A stretch of DNA of 51,079 bases from a virus (lineage: Duplodnaviria > Caudoviricetes): positions 1 through 51,079 of IMG/VR virus record IMGVR_UViG_3300044724_010870; one strand, written 5' to 3'. The notes beneath the pieces are model-generated. The model ran no database searches and was not told the origin of the DNA. It worked only from the letters and a program-made list of their open reading frames with translations. Of this stretch, positions 29,601 through 37,800 are shown piece by piece. Within the stretch, counting starts at the first letter, position 1, and the number at the start of each line of letters is the position of its first letter. A program made the position numbers and the translations under genes.

Positions 29601-29679
29601 TAGACATCATCTTGTTGAACTGCATGTCAACTTTTGATGTGTCTAAATTCGCTTCAATACTAGCCCTTATACCTGCCAT
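20665..29679 (-). CDS. Tape measure protein with internal cargo cassettes
   Basis: 3004 aa. N-terminal TP901-like TMP core (KFEKTLADINVI...VAKNTAQSF...EFSRQGL...DKLAAVDVKFAVSSEDL...TARGGSVIGNGLKTIFTRI), long coiled-coil, hydrophobic patches, and C-terminal FxxGG-V-x-GP...D-x-V...LTAGE-x-V motifs and NNINVTVTV...AVLDVIREEKRVGGEL ending typical of TMPs. RBS TAAGGA 8 nt before ATG. Confidence 0.93.
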   Translation of the reverse strand: MAGIRASIEANLDTSKVDMQFNKMMSRLSGKQINFNVNARSFTQPLGRITASANEFTKSLEASNARVVAFGASVGIINGVTNAFKGLVAETIKFEKTLADINVILNSSSSSIEKFGHSLFGVAKNTAQSFSKVADAALEFSRQGLSMEETLRRTNDALILTRLTSLKAEEAVSGLTAAINAFGEAGLTTTQIIDKLAAVDVKFAVSSEDLINALERTGAVAIDAGVELDNLIGLVTSLQQTTARGGSVIGNGLKTIFTRIQRPQSLEQLENMGIAVRDLAGAIIPADKILLNIAKTFDQLTQSQKSNVVQFSAGIFQANIFRSALRDLAKDQNIFSQASEVSAKAAGEAAVKNEQLNKTVAALASQSATAVSELAEAIGKLTLTPELGGMLETFLSAVTGIKDSLGGGEEEGSTFAKGLVRGIGNVLTGPALFAFGAVFIKMLTSVSKFAGQSLKDVLNITTKKEKIRQMEESIVGVLSQNKHIQEGLNDLEGDRLAQEKFLLKIIEAQTNAMAKQKALAGSLVGPLMRAGVSPDLTSRTPGPVDLDGDGVVTSASGFIPSRAQKRREIEGAIAGGYSPGSIKSMNMPGVGRVVYNTAEEVKSFPGMQQPAIMPPGSSSAGRNYKDRFMSQHGFDPYASHGFIPNFAQLTGSNLKFGKARLNLFGNSMDIAKAVGVNYQDIEKEFKKAKPSVLMSASLRDIIMASDSGKSKITGGETLFETFNALAGAGVETIQRRIGIRPIPPGRKGQGKLSQSEFAEQKTKNLLNREQVSSGHKGTHITTYDPRTRKGSNSFAVDIIAFGDQFPSQEVKSGKINPANIISKSLRMASDNELSTWMNNNKVSGGKKLDSKNLKSAKNLASKLGISGTGEGGTFSKDDAMQWGMSKGFVPNFVKERVLAGQKLEIKDGDSVAGRVAVAPPFIDHRLAGVDAIEKDQDLGEEATQVAVNYYKGKSGLKRLQETRVPGGQAAYGRGLFNDINLARNLVRKGLGIPDLRYVGIGEYATQLNAAQSGEKGIWHPSQEDHEKRKFFNFQADKLSGLNKVLTSGKRQKRRFSDEDIEAIRTGGVQSLMDRKFGGTKTKEAMEIFNSPNKNNAGGFVPNFHYWQKFLKWSKGPNGWGLRGDDFTLTDFTNYLQNHTDTNPQEIAKINKQAQGFKARASKDLKGLGGPSMGREGAKYYASKAAIKDRKGTIDLNGIFIKNLKDKVDKYNSGRSLGYFSDASSGLIPNFANVVPFNNTVPFKKKIIKSKNLMHQEYLRAYAEGENQFKPGQTMLQFLSQFYDRKTLRDLRRYPEDYRILSKGFVPNFANPLGDAIAREQAAGVAANSIRIEQSNQLKSSKNPLGLAVTNTRDEPNGVGQGIARSRRMGINPKEHGASRGLVPNFIAGAGIQKTFGKDIEASKLRTSLDQVTKKFNKLSKTVDTLTRSTTDASNAVEDHSGAQEEAMGADMEGLQKLFYLQSSLSMASGFLEEFAEGGNEAIKSLSEFGLAASNVVSVMLTAKEISSQLSSLGGFTSEKDRVSLLGGKGMSVGQGFSSVINDTMGSGGFLKGLKAAGKGLLRFAPVIGQVITGFTILNEAFKFFGDGKGIMDQFQSSSQKAAEKLEKLSESSELSSAALESVSREQDLQKKILSLEVKGKKRTLKEDAALTSNKIALLKAEQKRAESIQGLSQMNKKDAASQELYQQFLKESSNATQDVTKSLEKLSLGLANFSLVETLRKNLAENLESISDRGVGIKDKRELALGEITRFIQSSMSSGSLGITGMQGAEKSDLTMAVGSSQDIMESIKSRLQFKDDASRINFDSILREANNEIELDTKQIIALDKVLKEAVAKLDIKDEFKKIEQESTKLRASMKNRAASENLLIDINKIERDNRLKLLSADRDLEKSKQDILLGNNLLSKSLFVQAEANRSFVQATESLDAKEQDARDKYIQSLNTLDVKTFVSNKSPLEGLGTQDEKLKEFANRIDSIQKLNLGELEKSVNEFNESLPDGMEIKPTQESLDNIKNTFKDTEGSVQKQLIQIEKNRDSLNEEEKILSMLVARQQKVLSLTDDELAEYSKILATLKKSQIDVDGSRKIELKKQQKLNLELGIKQKTVEGAFALQKLIDEQGDLEEVILENLRGETANLSIINNALSGRISLLRQSREFEEKIVENLRQQARDTAESDLTTELTSQRKLSVLRGGSVGPNTSEIEANLRSSMQSRINTENANLGLSLEELKEKNKTLRNAEIRAQIASELVDTERITLENENLINAAKLKELIETNGLKDLAGERVKQETISLSTEALIAASKIKVLEESIKTQELQTKSRQLLEQSNKLTELKQARDAASIDQGLLDNLVGADINIDRFNKTRGNREAQSRFVQTGKSEDQLALAQSIVALKETSMEGAGALDHLRVKMAELAVSSEDTSAVISAGVDTFKSSLAQAFKDISTGDKGTGEALEGALLSTAGAVFDKITEQNIEKMTNQLLYAFTGVGSEEDAMKSATEANTRALVESKLSENSLKTAIESLTAEIQQRTVAEPEGFNNGGMVNGPPGIDKVLARLTAGEYVIPKKQVDKMQKFDKGGEVKDYFKDPRTLDGKKIDPDNPIPAKQSRMEALLEGGAQLATDTIASSYFGRKNRRPEDNSGMPTFDRGRLKTSGLGSTVDLGLDSSQLGSRYTAQNQTISEYGDYLLDLHQYNVDKNNDKVNQKINKYKGFASQVGGLVASTAASYAMDGIKFAGKKISAGGSKLIDYTSKAGGKLSKMGGAGKLAGSAVSGVGRVIGGFGEGIGGAIHGGKEGTFKGSMKSIWGGIKTAAGQDERFKKFNQGGAVPAMLTAGESVVPKSIASTIGYENLRYINKNGEFPTVAGPAGIDKVGPVPMTPGDFVVKKSSTQSLANKNPHLMRMAMQNPGVFKNGGVVRGYYNGGVIGEQSSPEPGVFNEGTGSPALGQSMGRKDSARGGQVTNNINVTVTVDQSGQEKVDTASSGDSYSKEQELSMKIKSAVLDVIREEKRVGGELS
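25525..28011 (-). repeat. Seven dispersed protein-level repeats [AS]-x-G-[FL]-[IV]-P-N-F inside the TMP (first copy GFIPS)
   Basis: GFIPS 27997-28011, GFIPNF 27742-27759, GFVPNF 27004-27021, GFVPNF 26371-26388, GLIPNF 25990-26007, GFVPNF 25756-25773, GLVPNF 25525-25542. Confidence 0.9.
26626..26985 (-). other. Thermonuclease (staphylococcal nuclease/SNase)-like domain inside the TMP
   Basis: IKDGDSV...HRLAGVDAIEKDQDLGEEAT...YGRGL...INLARNLVRKGLG...AAQSGEKGIW matches the SNase motifs DGDT, R-L-x-G-I-D-A-P-E, YGR, N-x-x-L-V-x-x-G-L-A and A-x-x-x-x-x-G-I-W. Confidence 0.8.
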
Positions 29680-29723
29680 AATAAAAATCCTTATATAGTT
29701 TTAATCATTAAAACTACTATTAT

Positions 29724-29730
29724 ATTACAC
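29724..29730 (-). promoter_or_regulatory. Putative late-promoter motif GTGTAAT upstream of the TMP
   Basis: Minus strand CTGTGTAATATAATAG in a 79-nt AT-rich intergenic gap, 44 nt upstream of the ATG. Confidence 0.55.
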
Positions 29731-29758
29731 AGAAAAAACTTTTTATAGTTAATTTTAT

Positions 29759-32700
29759 TTAGCAATCATTATCGTTCACATTCCAGCCCCATTTTGCTTT
29801 TTCTGCATCATCAAACCTTCTCAAACAAAGCCTAAATCCTAATTTCTCGCTCGAAAAACATGCCCTGGAGGAATATTTTTTTCTTGACGCAATCCTACAG
29901 TCGTCATCTTTATCAAGAAAACTGCCTCCTTTGGCTACTCTTTGATTGATAAATGTATTTTCCAGAGGATAGGAAACATCGGCTTGATAATTATCTAAAG
30001 TCCACTCATCAACATTACCCATCATATCAAAAAGACCAAATGTATTAGGAGTATATTGACCAACCTCCACAGTGGTTCCGATGCCTGTATTGTCATTATT
30101 TAATAAATATGTCACTGTATTACTGAATCCAAGATTACCATCGATATTATCGCCGATACCAACCAAGTCTCCATTATCGTAAACTATCATTGTATAATTT
30201 GCTCCACCAGATGCGTGCTTAATGCTACCTCCGGTCAATGTGATTTCCTGGAAATTAGGATACTTGTGAATAGCTCTTCCGTAATAACTGAAAAAATTAT
30301 GGGTATCAAAATATTTACCACATGCCCATAGTTTTGAATTCTCTCCTGTCGTTCCATCTAACCCCTTAATCATGTGGTGCCAGTATCCAGAGAAACTCAT
30401 AAAGCCTTCGACTTCATTATTGTGAGATATGCTACCTGTTTGAGGAACCTCCAGCCAACCCATGGTTTTAGTCTGGTAGGTGATAGAGTTGATCCCCACA
30501 CCTAGCTGCCCGAACCATGCAGCACCTATTGAGTAAACCTTGCCTGACCCACGAAACTTGGATGCCCCTATGGCGGTTGATTGTTTTCTTACCGCCGAAA
30601 AATGATCCCTGCCGGCAGATATACTAAACATAGATGGAAGGTTTTGATTTTTGACGGCCCAAGTACTTCCAGATCCAGCAACCCACCTACCAGAGCCAAA
30701 CATTTTACCATTATTCATCAACATCAAAGTACCACCAGAGCATGATGCCATTTGTTTCATATTTGTAGCTAAATATTTTGAATGAGGCGAAGTTATATAA
30801 TCTTTTGGTGGTAAAACCTTCCACGAATCATCTCCAGCAATAGTATCAATCCCAACCATTCTGTATTCATATATGTATATGCTAGATTCCTGAAAAAAAG
30901 GATGATCATAATCATTATTTTTTAATGGTTGATTATTGGTATCGTCAAATAAACCTAGCTGACCATCTCGATTATTTCCGGTTGCATAAAGCCTATCGTT
31001 TTTCACATAAAAAGTGGTATGATATCCAGCATGACAAAACTCAACCCCGCTTGATTCAATCTCGTAAGGGGAACTCTCGTACCGCCTTATTTCGAACAAA
31101 TCAAATTGACGGCCATCAAATATTTTGTTGACATCTAATATGCCGAAAGATCTAGCAGCACCAAGTCCCCAAAGACTTCCGTCAGTTTTTCTATACACGA
31201 GGTGATCTGGACCCGCCGAAAACTGCTCTACATTAGAATCTATTTGCTTTGGGCTGCTAATCTTTAGCGAGGTGTCCGGGTCGGCAAGTTTACCAAAAAT
31301 ATTAGCACCTACACCCCAGAGTGTTTTATCATTTTTAATGAAATATGTTGTGTTTGAAAAAGCTTGGGGCCTTTGCACTTGCCCACAAAGGTACGAAGTA
31401 CCACTGTAACTAGTGGCCTGAACCTCCTCAACATTGCTGGCAATAGCAGACTGCACTTGCTCGTAAGTATGTGTGCCGGCTGGAGCTATTGAATCACCGC
31501 TGTAGTATCGCGTTGTTGCCCCACCCCTGCATGCATATTCCCATTCGGATTCATTAGGCACACAATACCCCCAATTTTTAGGTATTAAATTTAAAGACCT
31601 CTCTAAATCAGTTAATTTATTACAAAATTTTGTTAAATCTTGCCAGGTTATATTTTCCACCGGAAGATTCTCCCCTACATTTAAGCTTGGGTTGTAATCC
31701 ATAAGGGATTCGTATTGTTTTTGTGTCATCTCGGTAGTAGAAAGATAATAAGCAGACTCGATCCTTTGAGTGAATTGCTTTTCGTTATTACCTCTGCCTA
31801 ATTCTGAGGCAGGGCTGCCTTGCAGGAAGATTGCAGGGCCTAACCTCACCATGTTTATTGGTACAGGTGTACCGGAGGAATCAGTTATTGATGACACTGT
31901 CCTTGTGTCGGGCAATGTTGATGCCGTAATATTCCCTGCAGAGTCTATACCTCCAGCTCCCCACTCAACCGTATTAATGGTAATTGTAATGTTTTGAGCT
32001 GGCATATTAAATGATATCTCGTCTGCCAAAGAATCTTCATCAGATATCGTAATATCACTAGAAGACCAAGATATAAATTCATGGGTGCTATTGACCCGCT
32101 TCCTTAATACCACAGCAGTGTTGACCTGAGTGCTGTATGATGTTATGACATTGCCCGATAAATTCAATGCCTGTGCCCCGCCCCCATTAACCACTATATT
32201 CACAGTATAATTTTGCGGAATGAATGATTTTGTTACTATTACATCATCATCCACCATGGTAAATTTTAATGATGCATCGCTTGTTCCGGGCTCCAGAGTA
32301 ATTGATCTTGAAGGGTTATTTTTGTATAACACTTCCCACCCTGATCCCAACGAAAAACCAACTTCTGTCGTAGCTTCTATAGTTACGGAATCTCCATAAA
32401 CTTTATAATTACCATCAAGGGATAATAGAGACCCACCCCCAGATGGCTCTGAATAAAGATATATGGCTTTTCGGCTATATACATTTGCGCGAATGCTTGC
32501 CGATCCAATTCCCGAGGTAAATGATGTAGTGGCACTACTTTCGTCATCTATAACTCCTGCTCCATTAACAACCCAGGACCCAAAAACAAACCCCGGATTA
32601 GGGTTGCATACTATTGTAAAAGTCGTTTGATCTGTAGCATCCACTCCATCAACTTGGTCTGAATTATAAATTATATATGTTTCGGAGTTTTCTCCATCTA

Positions 32701-34861
32701 TATTTATCTTATAATTTATAGGTTCGAATACCGCTGTTGCTATAGCATTGCCATCCCCTATTGTAACTATATAAGCTCCATCGTCTTGAGCCTTATTAAC
32801 TCCGTCTACATGGTTATATATATTACTATTAGATTTCTGAATATCTCCAGGTCCAGATAGTTCCCAACCTAGAAACTTAAAACCAATATTTGTAGAATAG
32901 TATATCTCAATTTTATCACCAAGGTTTACAGAATCTTCTTTCATCCTACTACCATCACCCGCTTTAATGTATGCATTACCCGCAGATGTTTCACTCTCAT
33001 CAACGGCGAGTGAATAATTTATGATTTCATAATTTGCATACAGTTTAGCATTTGAATTACCAGTGTTAAATATAGTGCTCTCAAGAGATGCATCCTGTAT
33101 GGATCCCGAGCCCTCAAGTCGCCAACTTATCCAATTGTAGCCAGGTTGAGTTAGGGAGTGTATTTCAATGTTTTCATTCTCTTCAACATCTATAGTCTTT
33201 AATTTATCATTTATATATTGAACCCCAGCATTACCTGCTATACTTACAGTATATTTACTCGCTTCATAGTAAGCTTGAATATTGATATCTCCGGCCCCGC
33301 ATGTTAATGTAGTTTGGCTGGAATCTTTATCTGATAAAACACCCTGTCCAAATGTCACTTCCCAGTGAGAAAATTCGTAGCCAGCCAAAGGTACAGCTTC
33401 TATATCAAATGAATCACCGATATTAAAAGAAACCTCCTCAAGCCTAGACCCTGTTGACAATATTACTTCTTCTCCTGGCCCGTATAACCTTAATTGGTAA
33501 TTGATTAAATCATAATTCGCAACAATTATAGTGTCAGCACTAGATGTCGTAAAAACAGTGCTTTGGGAATTTACACTTCCAAAACTACCTGCCCCACTCT
33601 TAATCTCCCAATTATTAAACTGATACCCCTCTTTGGCATTTGCCTGTACAGCTACTTGTTGCCCAGGGTAATAACTTCCCGAACCCGATTGAACCCCTGC
33701 GTTAATTGTATTTGAAGTTACTCCTAGAGTAAACCTTTTTTGCATAAAGGCCCCTTCTAGTGTTGTGTCTTCTGATATTGTAACTGTTAGTCTTTCTTTG
33801 AAAGCATTTTGATTTAATAATTCTTGGTCTGTGTATACCCCTATATCCTGACCGGCAACTGAGTCAAGCGAGCCTGACTGTATTTCCCATTGTGTAAAAA
33901 AATAGGGTTCTTTAGATGTTGCGTCGTAACCCGGCTTAGCATATAGCTGTATTAAGTCCCCATACTCATATCTCCCCGCACCAACTACACTGCCTTCACC
34001 TGTATGTAAAAGTGTTAAATTGTATTTATTATTACTAAATAATCCCTTGACATCTGTATCTTTTAAAATTGTTACACTAGTTGAAGCGCTTGTAATATCT
34101 AAGATATTTTCACCCTGCCAACCTATAAATAAGTTATGCTCTGACTGTGTGGCCTCGATTTCCACTTGTTGAAGATAATTGTACTCTCCTGAATTAACCT
34201 CGTTAACCTGCCCATTATAACCGGAAATATTTAAGGAATATTTTATCGGCTCATAATTAGCCGTCAGGGTGAGGTTTTGATTCATTAATACTTTGACTTT
34301 TCTCGATAAAGGCTCCGAAAAGGTATAATCGTCGGAACTCCACCCTGTAAAACTATAGCCGTATTCTATTGCAGAGATTTCTATCTCACTAAATTCACCC
34401 TCTAGATTTCTAAACGAACCTATTACTGTGCCATGTTCGGATATAACGGTAGTAGTAAATGTTTCCCTTATAAAAAAGGTATTGGTTGAACACATAGTGA
34501 TATAAACAAATGGCTCTTCCGAGGTTGTGTGAAACTGAGATGCATGCCTCTCAAACACAGCATAGACAGAGTATCTCCATATTCCAGGCTCATGCACGGT
34601 GTCGTACACTTCTAGCTCAGAAATATTATTGGTCACCTTGATAAGATCTCCATTAAGTCGGTTTTCAGTGCAGGCATCAATCCACTCACCGTTTTCGATT
34701 AAGCAGTCTTCTTTTGTTGTTTGCCCAGCTACAGAACATACCCCAGACCTATCTATCTTACCAATATTTTGCCTGTATACTAAATACCTAGAAAGCCCAG
34801 CTGTATGCTCTGGCTTCTGCCATGTTATGTGGAAGTCCCAAGATTTATCTGTATTAGTCAT
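29759..34861 (-). CDS. Large fibre/adhesin-like protein: Fn3-like N-terminus, ~10 InlB B-type repeats, FGE-sulfatase-like (CLec) domain split by an RCC1-like propeller
   Basis: 1700 aa. Repeats G-Y-x-F-x-x-W...A-x-[YF]. FGE N-part GSPASELGR...TEMTQKQY...NPS...LPVENITW...PNESEWEYACRGG and C-part VGQYTPNTFGLFDMMGNVDEW...RVAKGGSF...GFRL. RCC1 blades LWGVGANIFGKL, SAGPDH, YATGNNRDGQLG, GIGDNIDGNLG lie between them. Confidence 0.85.
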   Translation of the reverse strand: MTNTDKSWDFHITWQKPEHTAGLSRYLVYRQNIGKIDRSGVCSVAGQTTKEDCLIENGEWIDACTENRLNGDLIKVTNNISELEVYDTVHEPGIWRYSVYAVFERHASQFHTTSEEPFVYITMCSTNTFFIRETFTTTVISEHGTVIGSFRNLEGEFSEIEISAIEYGYSFTGWSSDDYTFSEPLSRKVKVLMNQNLTLTANYEPIKYSLNISGYNGQVNEVNSGEYNYLQQVEIEATQSEHNLFIGWQGENILDITSASTSVTILKDTDVKGLFSNNKYNLTLLHTGEGSVVGAGRYEYGDLIQLYAKPGYDATSKEPYFFTQWEIQSGSLDSVAGQDIGVYTDQELLNQNAFKERLTVTISEDTTLEGAFMQKRFTLGVTSNTINAGVQSGSGSYYPGQQVAVQANAKEGYQFNNWEIKSGAGSFGSVNSQSTVFTTSSADTIIVANYDLINYQLRLYGPGEEVILSTGSRLEEVSFNIGDSFDIEAVPLAGYEFSHWEVTFGQGVLSDKDSSQTTLTCGAGDINIQAYYEASKYTVSIAGNAGVQYINDKLKTIDVEENENIEIHSLTQPGYNWISWRLEGSGSIQDASLESTIFNTGNSNAKLYANYEIINYSLAVDESETSAGNAYIKAGDGSRMKEDSVNLGDKIEIYYSTNIGFKFLGWELSGPGDIQKSNSNIYNHVDGVNKAQDDGAYIVTIGDGNAIATAVFEPINYKINIDGENSETYIIYNSDQVDGVDATDQTTFTIVCNPNPGFVFGSWVVNGAGVIDDESSATTSFTSGIGSASIRANVYSRKAIYLYSEPSGGGSLLSLDGNYKVYGDSVTIEATTEVGFSLGSGWEVLYKNNPSRSITLEPGTSDASLKFTMVDDDVIVTKSFIPQNYTVNIVVNGGGAQALNLSGNVITSYSTQVNTAVVLRKRVNSTHEFISWSSSDITISDEDSLADEISFNMPAQNITITINTVEWGAGGIDSAGNITASTLPDTRTVSSITDSSGTPVPINMVRLGPAIFLQGSPASELGRGNNEKQFTQRIESAYYLSTTEMTQKQYESLMDYNPSLNVGENLPVENITWQDLTKFCNKLTDLERSLNLIPKNWGYCVPNESEWEYACRGGATTRYYSGDSIAPAGTHTYEQVQSAIASNVEEVQATSYSGTSYLCGQVQRPQAFSNTTYFIKNDKTLWGVGANIFGKLADPDTSLKISSPKQIDSNVEQFSAGPDHLVYRKTDGSLWGLGAARSFGILDVNKIFDGRQFDLFEIRRYESSPYEIESSGVEFCHAGYHTTFYVKNDRLYATGNNRDGQLGLFDDTNNQPLKNNDYDHPFFQESSIYIYEYRMVGIDTIAGDDSWKVLPPKDYITSPHSKYLATNMKQMASCSGGTLMLMNNGKMFGSGRWVAGSGSTWAVKNQNLPSMFSISAGRDHFSAVRKQSTAIGASKFRGSGKVYSIGAAWFGQLGVGINSITYQTKTMGWLEVPQTGSISHNNEVEGFMSFSGYWHHMIKGLDGTTGENSKLWACGKYFDTHNFFSYYGRAIHKYPNFQEITLTGGSIKHASGGANYTMIVYDNGDLVGIGDNIDGNLGFSNTVTYLLNNDNTGIGTTVEVGQYTPNTFGLFDMMGNVDEWTLDNYQADVSYPLENTFINQRVAKGGSFLDKDDDCRIASRKKYSSRACFSSEKLGFRLCLRRFDDAEKAKWGWNVNDNDC

Positions 34862-37800
34862 TGTTAATTTCTATTTCAAATATTGCATCATAAACATTAA
34901 ACCTATCAGTGATATCACCTTTGCCAACATTCTGCTTTAACTTAACGGCCAACTTAGGTGACCCTGTGCCTGAGCCCGAATCAGATATATCAATTTTTTC
35001 ACCAAATGCCGTAATTGGTTTTCGAAAATCAAATAGAGTTTCAGATTGCTTCACATTAACAGTAGACCCACTAGCTGTAAGATTATATAATTTAATACAA
35101 TCCTTGTTACCAATATCTGATGATTTAAAATTTTTAGAATGCTGCAATGTAGCTTCGTCATTTATAAATCTTATGGCCATCATCCCATAAGAAACGGCGA
35201 AAGGCTGCACTTCCGTACTCGTTCCACCCATGGCCGGTTGATTGGTTGAAAATGATTCGATTAATACCCACCGAGATTTATATCTATAATAAAGGAAGCA
35301 TTTTTTATCTGCGCCGATTATTGCCATCCTGTCACTTTTCTTGTCTTCTTTTGGGCTTATAACCACTTTCCATCCAAAACTTTTAGCTCCGCTAGGTGCG
35401 GTGATTTTATTGGCTCGCACCCATGCATATCCGCCATTACCCGAAGCAGTTTGATAATTAATATTCTGAGATGCGGGCGAGAAGTTTTCGGAGTGCAAAG
35501 ACAATGCATCAGGTGTTGTAATTTTTTTTGTTTTTTGAAATTTTTTCGCCGTTAAGCTCGCTCCCACTCTAATAATTTGTGCAACATTAGTTCTATTTTG
35601 TCCAAATGACTTTGATATTCTAATTGTTACATCTGGCCAAATTAAATCATAAGATCCAGAATTTTCACCTATAGCACAGCCATTATATTTAGTTAAGTTG
35701 GTTGTTGATGTAGTGCTTCTATTAGGAGTCCACCCAAAGTAATCATCTTCCTTAACGGCTCTGCCTTGTAAGTTATTTGTTTGAGATGTAAAGTAAGATT
35801 GTTTGCCTTGGTTTTGTATATAATAAACTATTCCAGACTTAGAATTAGTTTTCCACACCCCAGCTATTACATTACCAAAGTAACTGAGAACAAAATCACT
35901 ACCAATGAGCCCGTATACATCACTACCACTAGGCTCTTGTGATATTTTTAAGTCATTATTATTTCTTTTTGCAGTGGTGTTATTTGGTGATTTATTATAC
36001 AATGAATTTTTCAGGTTTATGGTAATGGATGCACTGCCTCTCGCTGGAGCCCTCCCGGAAACACTATCCGACGACCTGCTTTTCTTGACCTTGATATTGG
36101 ATGTGCTGATTGATATATTTTGAAACCCCTGAGAGCCGTTAAACTTTAAATAAACAGTCTTACCAGGTTCAACGAAAAATTTATTATTTTTCTCTTTCAA
36201 GCTATACCTCTCCCTGCCGAACTCGATACTAAAATTGCTATTCACCACCCCAGTGAAGTTTACATCAAGCTCAACCAAAATCCTTTGATATACACACTTT
36301 AAAACAACATCACTAGATAATTTTACTTTGTCCAAAATATCAAGACTCTCGTCGCCAAACCATTCTATATTTCCAGAATCTACAATCCATGATTTAAATT
36401 CAGTATCTGACTGCCCAGCATACCGCCAAAAAGGACCATTATAACTAAAATAATTCGGGGCTAGCTGCTCACTTCCTTTTACTTCTATATCTTTTAATTT
36501 AATATATTTTCCAGTAGCGCTATCTCTTATTGAGTAAGTCGGGCCATGTGTATACTGAAATTCATACTGCCTGCTATTTTGGTTATAAAAATAATAATCT
36601 AATTGTAGCTTAAATGCCTGCTCTTCATATGCTCCATACAGGGTGCCTCCCGAACTCATTAAAAATTCAATTTCATTATTAAATTTTTCCGCAGGACCTA
36701 TATTATCAAAAGGAGGGTTTGATCCTGTCCAGCTTAAAAATGAGTAACCGGGCAATGGGTTAGCCTGAACTTTCACTAAAGATCCATTGCTTAAAGTTTT
36801 ATATGAGTAAGTATGATTATCATCTCCAGATGAAAGATTTACTCCAGGTAAACTTTTACCATCCTGATACACAAGTGGCATGGCTACAATATTACCTTGA
36901 TTTTTAGGCACCTGAATCAAGAGCTCGTATATTTCAATGAATTGAGCTTCTACAGTAAAAGAGTCTCCAGCAACCAAGGTAGAGCCTTGACTAATAGTAG
37001 TTTCTTTTTCGTTAATTGAGTTAACCACCACAGTTCCAATATTAAGCCACTGACTAAATACAAACCCAGAAGGCTCGTTGGTTTTTATACTAACGGGGAA
37101 ATTAGATTCCCTGATTAGATACTTACCTGAATTTGTGCCTGTATTTTCAATAGTGAGCCCCAGCGCTTCGATGTTCGCATTGGCATTTGGAGTTGCCTGC
37201 TGTGTTAAGTCCAGAAAGAAAACCGGCTCAAAAATAGCTGTAATTTCTACATTATTCCTAATAGATATTGATGCTCCTGAGTTATATTTTAGCGAGCCGT
37301 CTAATCCGGAAAAAACATCAGATGTAGCGCCTTGAGTTACCTTCCATTCCTTGAACCTGTATTGGTTGCTATTTAGGGGTGTGGCACTTATATTTATAAT
37401 GTCTTCTATATTATATGTGCCTCCACCAGTAACACTGCCCAGTGTGGCATCTTCCGCTATTACTGTTAGGACTAAAGGAATAAATTCAAACTCAGCTTCA
37501 AGTTCTACATCCGTCGAAATTTGAAATGTTGGGTTTGCATCTGTGCTTCCATTATTTAATCCTATAGTAGTCCCATTTAATATATTCCACTGCTTAAATT
37601 GGTATCCCTGGCTGTTGAATGCTTGCAACTGAATATCTTCACCTATTTCATAAGGGCTATTTTTTATCGTTAAGTCCACTGCTTTACCCATATGTGTTTC
37701 CCGAGAAGATAATGTTAGTATATTTTGCCTTAAAAATACTGCAAATATATTAAGGTCACCTGTTAAGTCCAAGCTCTGTGGTGTGGAAATAAGTGGGTCA

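Noticed and set aside
28907-29698. 263-aa plus-strand ORF
   Set aside because: Lies antisense to the conserved TMP core. Its S/A/L-rich sequence is typical of a shadow frame, with no recognisable motif.
29731-29758. Possible terminator (A-run/T-run dyad) after the 1700-aa gene
   Set aside because: The stem is almost entirely A/T, too weak to call and expected by chance in an AT-rich gap.
29759-30100. Diversity-generating retroelement acting on the CLec/FGE C-terminus
   Set aside because: No reverse transcriptase and no near-identical template repeat was seen in the window. It cannot be excluded elsewhere in the genome.
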